Source: Chlorokybus atmophyticus
Taxonomy: Eukaryota > Plantae > Mesostigma and Chlorokybus algae
Direction: 5' to 3'
NCBI GenBank assembly: GCA_009103225.1
Contig: RHPI01003020.1
Location: 240,724-298,845 of the forward strand
Length of the DNA: 58,122 nt
Position 1 is the stretch's first letter. Each line of letters begins with the position of its first letter. Below the pieces are notes generated by a model. That model did no database searches. It had not been told where the DNA came from and saw only the letters and a list, made by a program, of their open reading frames with translations. Below, piece after piece: positions 53,248-58,122 of this stretch. The translations under genes and the position numbers were made by a program.

Positions 53248-55631
53248 ATGGCGGATGTCAAGGACGTTCTGGGCGTCGCCAGGACGCCTGCTGTGCCCTC
53301 GGCAGAAAAGAAGAAGGCGCCCAAGGAGCCCGTCAAAAAACCTGAAGGGATCCATAGAGAGGTAGCAGCAATTGGTGTGTCTGGCAGCTACTAAGACAAT
53401 GGCAGCTTTTGGGTGTGCAATGGATGCTCACAATTGCGTCATTGTGCATGCGTACGTTATGTACGTGCAGTCTCAGTATGCTGTCGTTGCTCCTGTGTGC
53501 TGAGAGCACAGTATTGTTGCTCTGCAGGTGCTTGCACTCACAGGAGGCGTGCCTCCAATTGTGCCCGCTGTTGATGTGAGAAAGAGGGCTCCAACTCAGA
53601 AGGTACGCGCTGCATTTTACATCTAGTGAATCTACGAACACGGCTTATCTGCACGACACGGCTTGTTATAGCTTGCTTTGCTTGCAAGTGGCTTCAGCCA
53701 CAAGAGCAGTGCGACATTTGTACATGCACTCACTTGTAATCATCACTACCTGTGTGCCTTCAACGTCAATGCACTTCACTGCTGTGTCCAAGCTTGCGTC
53801 TCGGTAACTTTGCTTGTTGTATGCAGGTTTCCTGGCAGTGGTTACCTATTTTGTCATCTGCTCGCACGGACGACCTCAAGATTTATCACTGGGTGCGCAG
53901 TGTTGCCCATACCCACATTGTCAGGCCGCACTATTACTGTAGTTAAGTCGTTTGCTCTTTGCACTGTGACTTGGCAAGCACACCGTTGAAGGCAGCCGTG
54001 CAGCTCTGCATACGAACGCTGTTGGATCTGCCGCTAAGCTGTTGCTGGCAGACAAGGCTTGTGGATAGCCACCAGTCGACCTCAGACTACCCATTTGCCA
54101 AGTACAACCGCAAGATTGAACTGATAGAGTATGCCGACCATGAGTATGCGGAGTGCGGGCTTGACAGCGACCCATCATGGACGAGGGAGGAGACAGATCA
54201 CCTGCTGGACTTGTGTAGACGCTTCGACCTTCGGTTCACCATCATCGCGGACAGATGGGAGTTTCGCGAGCGGTCTGTTGAAGACCTGAAAGACAGATAT
54301 TACTGGGTTGCGCGCAAAGTACGCTTCTGCGGAAGTGTGAGATTGGACAGTAGCAGGCTTGCAGCTTGTGTTGGATAAGAGACAACTGTGCGTTTGTTCA
54401 TGTAGGTTTTGGACAGCAGAGCATCTATCAAGCCAGAACTGTTGGAGCATGCAGTTTTTCGAGAGCCCTACAACTCACAGCAAGAACGAGAGCGGAAGCA
54501 GGCGTTGCAGGTGCTTTGGACACGCACCCGCCAACAAGAGCGTGAAGACGCAGAGGTCTGGTTGACACGCTTGTGGCAGCTTCAGTTATATATACTGGCT
54601 GGGCAAGCTGTTTACGAGTACAATGCCATATGTCATGCACACAGCACGCAGCGCCATGAAGTCCTGCCACGTAAAGGCCTGATGTTTCGCTGTATGGCAG
54701 GTCTTGGCCGAAGCCAAAGCAATACAAGATGCGCGTAGAGCACAGGCAGAGGCCAGTGGCGCCACTGTGGTAGAGGAGGGTGATGAAGCTGGCGCTGCAC
54801 CAGACAAGGCGGCAGCCACCAAGTGTGGAGCAGGAGTGTACTTGAGAGGAGCACGTTTGGCTCAGAACATCACGCAGTCTGCACAGGTCAGTTGTGGGCT
54901 GCTTTCGTTCAACATGCAGCATAAGTTGGCATGCATGTATAGCATATGACCGCATGCAAACCATGTGAACCATCAACACTGTGTCCAAGCACATGACGCT
55001 CACTGTTTGGTCCAGATTGCTGGCTCTCGCGTCGCCAAGAGGATGGAGCAAACGCTTGAGGAACTTGGGGTACGTAATGTTTTCAACCACATCTTGACCT
55101 GGACTTGCGCATACACACAGCACCCTGCTGTATGACCAAGGGTGCAGTCTGCATGCACGGCGCACCCTACAAGTTTGTTGTCTTGGGTTGCTCTTCTTTG
55201 GCTCTGCTGATTTTGCACTCCATTGTTTGGTCAATGTCTTGTGCACGTTACTGACACAAGCGCATTATCAGGTACCAAAGATAAAGACACCAACAGAACA
55301 AGTCTGCAAGGAGTATCTGACGCTAAGGTCGGAGATCATGGCCATGCTGGAGTTGCAGAAGCAGGTGCTCAGAAAAGAGTCGGAGCTTGCTGCTCTGCGG
55401 GACAATCCTGCCGCAGAAGTGCCCGCGACTCCCGCGACACCCAAGGGTTCCGTGTTTGCGGAGAGGAGAGATCGCTTCGGCCGGTTCATTGGAGCTGCTG
55501 CCGGTGACGGAGCAGTGCCGGTCAAGAAGACAGACCACAAGCGTAAAGCGCCTCCAAAAGCCGTGGAGCCTGTTGCGGCGTCTCCGCAAAACATGAAAAG
55601 GGCACGGAAGGCACGGGTTCCGGATGATTAA
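53248..55631 (+). CDS. SWC4: SWC4/DMAP1/EAF2, SANT-domain subunit of SWR1 and NuA4 complexes
   Basis: MADVKDVLG, KKPEGIHRE|VLALTGG..PIVP, WQWLP..SARTDDLKIYHW, DYPFAKYN, WTREETDHLLDLCRRFDLRFTIIADRW..RSVEDLKDRYY, YN.QQERERKQAL, GVYLRG, PTEQVCKEYLTLR. TAA at 55629-55631. Confidence 0.95.
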
Positions 55632-56287
55632 CCACTGTTGGCATGTGCTGCCTGGGCACTTGTACATAGCACTGCAGGCCACAATGTTGCACTAGCGCCT
55701 GGCTGTATAGATCCTTGCATTGATGCCTACCTTGGCTATTGGCTATCACAAACATGGCAGGTTCAATTTAGGCAGTTGTAGCCCAACTTAAAGCAAAACA
55801 TGTAGACATACCATACATGTCCGCTGGTAGGCATACATGCCTTCTGCACGCATCACTCACATGCACCTTCTTCCTATGCACACAGCAACGCAATAGGCAG
55901 CTATAGACATCGCATTGTACGCAAAAGACGTTGAAGATGATGTCAGGAGCTTCAAAGAGATTTTGCTTTGGAGATGGACAAGCACTGCAGCACAACGCAA
56001 TAAAGCAATCACATCCGGTTGTGCAGCTGCGCATTTATTAAAGTACTTTTGAACTTGACGAGCATCAGGGCTCCATGTTCATCAATATCTTCATACATGT
56101 CTGCGTGCAACTTGGTGAATACGCGTGCGCAGCTCGGTATTTGTTATTTGTCCAAGCATTGTTGTTTACAATATCTAAACATTGAGTATGTGGTAAATGA
56201 AAACTATCATACAGAACAACATTCATATTGCTACCTTTGTCTCTCCCTTTTCCTTGATTGTACTTCGTGTGTGTGTGTGGGTGGGGG

Positions 56288-56596
56288 CTGTAAAAGGCGA
56301 ACCTTCAGGATTACTCAATGGATGAAAGTCTCTTAATGCATCAGGCACTGCTGCCAAGGCTGGTGATAGGGGTGGTGGAGGTGGTAGGGGAGAGCTCGCA
56401 GGTCCTGACCAAGCAATCTGGCGATCGGACTCTTCTTCCAACCCGATTGTCTGTGCAATCTCGCGATCTTCCCAGCTATCGACCTCCTCCTCCTCAAGAA
56501 GTTGCACCTTGCTGCTGGTGCGGACAGGCCGCTGTGGTGATGCCGGTTCTGCTGTACTTGTCTGAACTTCAAGCTGACTTGGTTCAGGTGCAGAAC
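56288..56596. repeat. Apparently identical 309-bp copy of NOT4 coding segment 49950-50258
   Basis: Same sequence and orientation. The copy ends exactly at a single N (56597). Confidence 0.95.
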
Positions 56597-56709
56597 NCGC
56601 TAAGAGCAAGCAGTTTACTACATCAACCGTAACGCTATGGGGGCTGGCTAGTGTTATGTGCAAACAAGCAGGTTGGGAATGCTGCAAATAGCTTGCGCGG
56701 CAGCTGTAC

Positions 56710-57255
56710 CTGCAGAGTATGGCGTATGTACCGAGGGACATGTAGAGGAAGGTTAGGCCCCGACCCAGACCAATGTCCATTAGCACCACAATACGACCGG
56801 CCCTCTCGCCGCTAGTCGTTTGCAGTTTCGATATACCCCTGCCATTCACAACTCACAATGGCTACATGCCATGTTATTAGCCGTTGGACACATGCATGCA
56901 CACACGAAGTCCACTATTACAAGCAGTTACCGCGGGCATGAAATGCTCCCTATCACTGTGTGCACATACACATACACACTTACCTCACTTATCACACTTA
57001 TCAGTACTCACCCCACCTGAAGTGTTGTTGCAGCTGATGCAATTGCCCGAAGCAAGTGTCTGCAAGTGCTATTAAACACAAACCCAGGCCTCAACCATAT
57101 GACAGCTCGCAAATGAGATAGCATTGTTTTGGAGTTGTACCCCATAGCCTGCATGTCGTCTAAGAGGCGAGTGATATCTTCCAAGAAGAAGTGAGTATAA
57201 TATGTGGACAGCCTTGAAACTTTCTTTCGTTTGAAACCCATAGCTTTGTAAAGCA
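56710..57255 (-). mobile_element. Possible spliced tyrosine-recombinase fragment (Crypton/DIRS-like), truncated
   Basis: DITRLLDDMQAMGYNSKTMLSHLRAVIW resembles the integrase core-binding helix pattern. A phase-2 intron (GG|gtgagt...ggcag|G) joins it in frame to ERAGRIVVLMDIGLGR, which resembles the first catalytic-Arg box (XerC RDRAMLEVMYGAGLR). This is motif resemblance only. Confidence 0.35.
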
Positions 57256-57720
57256 CTGTGAGACAACAGTATTCTGCTTCGTGGCCCTTGCAATGCTGGA
57301 CGCTTGGTGGAGTGCTCACATGATATGGACTTGGGCGAATGCAGGCTCTTTTATGCACCTACCTTGGCATTATGATCGGTGCATATATATACAGATATTT
57401 ATGTATATATATATATGTTATATCGCGCGTCTTATATTTACGCCTTGTTATGGACGTATAGAATAACAAACGTTACGCACTCATACCTTGTATTCTGTGC
57501 ATTTCACGCCCAAAGGGCTGGCAAAAGTCACTTTCGGTTCTTTACTTATGTAGTAAGAGGGACTAAGTGTCAGGAGAGAGGGTGTGCCCCTCCTCCCTTT
57601 AATCCCCTACCCCAACACCACCACCAGCCTCGCCGCCGCCGCCGCCACTGCCGGGGCAGTTGCCAGAGCAAAAGATCCTCTGGCTATGGCGGCCGCTGCG
57701 TTAGCAGCGCCGCCATGCAG

Positions 57721-57872
57721 CTGATATCAACATAAGACTCATGTCTCATGTCGATATCAGTGTTATAGTTAAGTAACACTACATTAGGGCCTTAACACTA
57801 GGTTAACGGCCCTAATAAGGCTTAATAGGCTGTATAATCCCGTTGGGACCCTTATTTAATCCTAAATAAGGG
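57721..57872. other. Cluster of five adjacent short hairpins
   Basis: CTGATATC...GATATCAG (57721-57760), AGTGTTA..TAACACT (57759-57780), ATTAGGGCCTTAAC-ACTAG-GTTAACGGCCCTAAT (57783-57816), TCCC-GTT-GGGA, and CCCTTATTTA-ATCC-TAAATAAGGG (57849-57872). Confidence 0.85.
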
Positions 57873-58122
57873 CGGGGAACCTTTATGGAGGTAGCACACC
57901 GTTACATTCCCCCCCACTTAGGTTTCAATGTCCTCATTGAAGGGTTAGCAAAGCCTCATCACGAGTCACATAACGAAAGCAGTGAGAGAACCAGGGCCGA
58001 AGCGGTAAAGATGTCTGCCAGCACCCTTTTACCGTTTGCGTGTGGACACAGTACTCCAGTACCCCCGAAGAACCTCTTGGCAGTTGGTAAGATTCCTTTC
58101 GGGCTCCCATGTATTGTGTTCA

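Overview
Intron-rich eukaryotic nuclear DNA from the green plant lineage. Plant-type SRP54, ALY, NOT4 and HNH proteins, plastid-type N-termini and telo-boxes suggest an early-diverging streptophyte alga; this is inference only. All exon models were built by hand from splice signals plus remembered family motifs, and no database search was run. Ten apparently intact multi-exon genes: a GT11 alpha-1,2-fucosyltransferase-like gene, a plastid-type DUF2993/LmeA-like gene, a mitochondrial-carrier (SAM-carrier-like) gene, 6-phosphogluconolactonase, a plant HNH-domain gene, SRP54, ALY/THOC4, a bestrophin-like channel with a transit-peptide-like N-terminus, NOT4 and SWC4/DMAP1. An eleventh gene encodes a highly atypical 240-aa histone H2A variant. 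There are also two decayed genes (ARM repeat, F-box/propeller), a repeat-rich zone of nested inverted repeats (about 36.8-40.0 kb), a very long CT microsatellite, a 309-bp exact copy of NOT4 coding sequence beside a single N, and a possible tyrosine-recombinase fragment next to a hairpin cluster at the right end. The strongest novelty candidates are the H2A variant (acidic ~113-aa N-tail, Arg cluster, 7-aa Pro-rich L1 insertion, poly-Q tail), the non-VCCN-type bestrophin, the GT11 gene with two consecutive GC-AG introns, and a ~790-bp palindrome whose arms show a coding-type divergence pattern.
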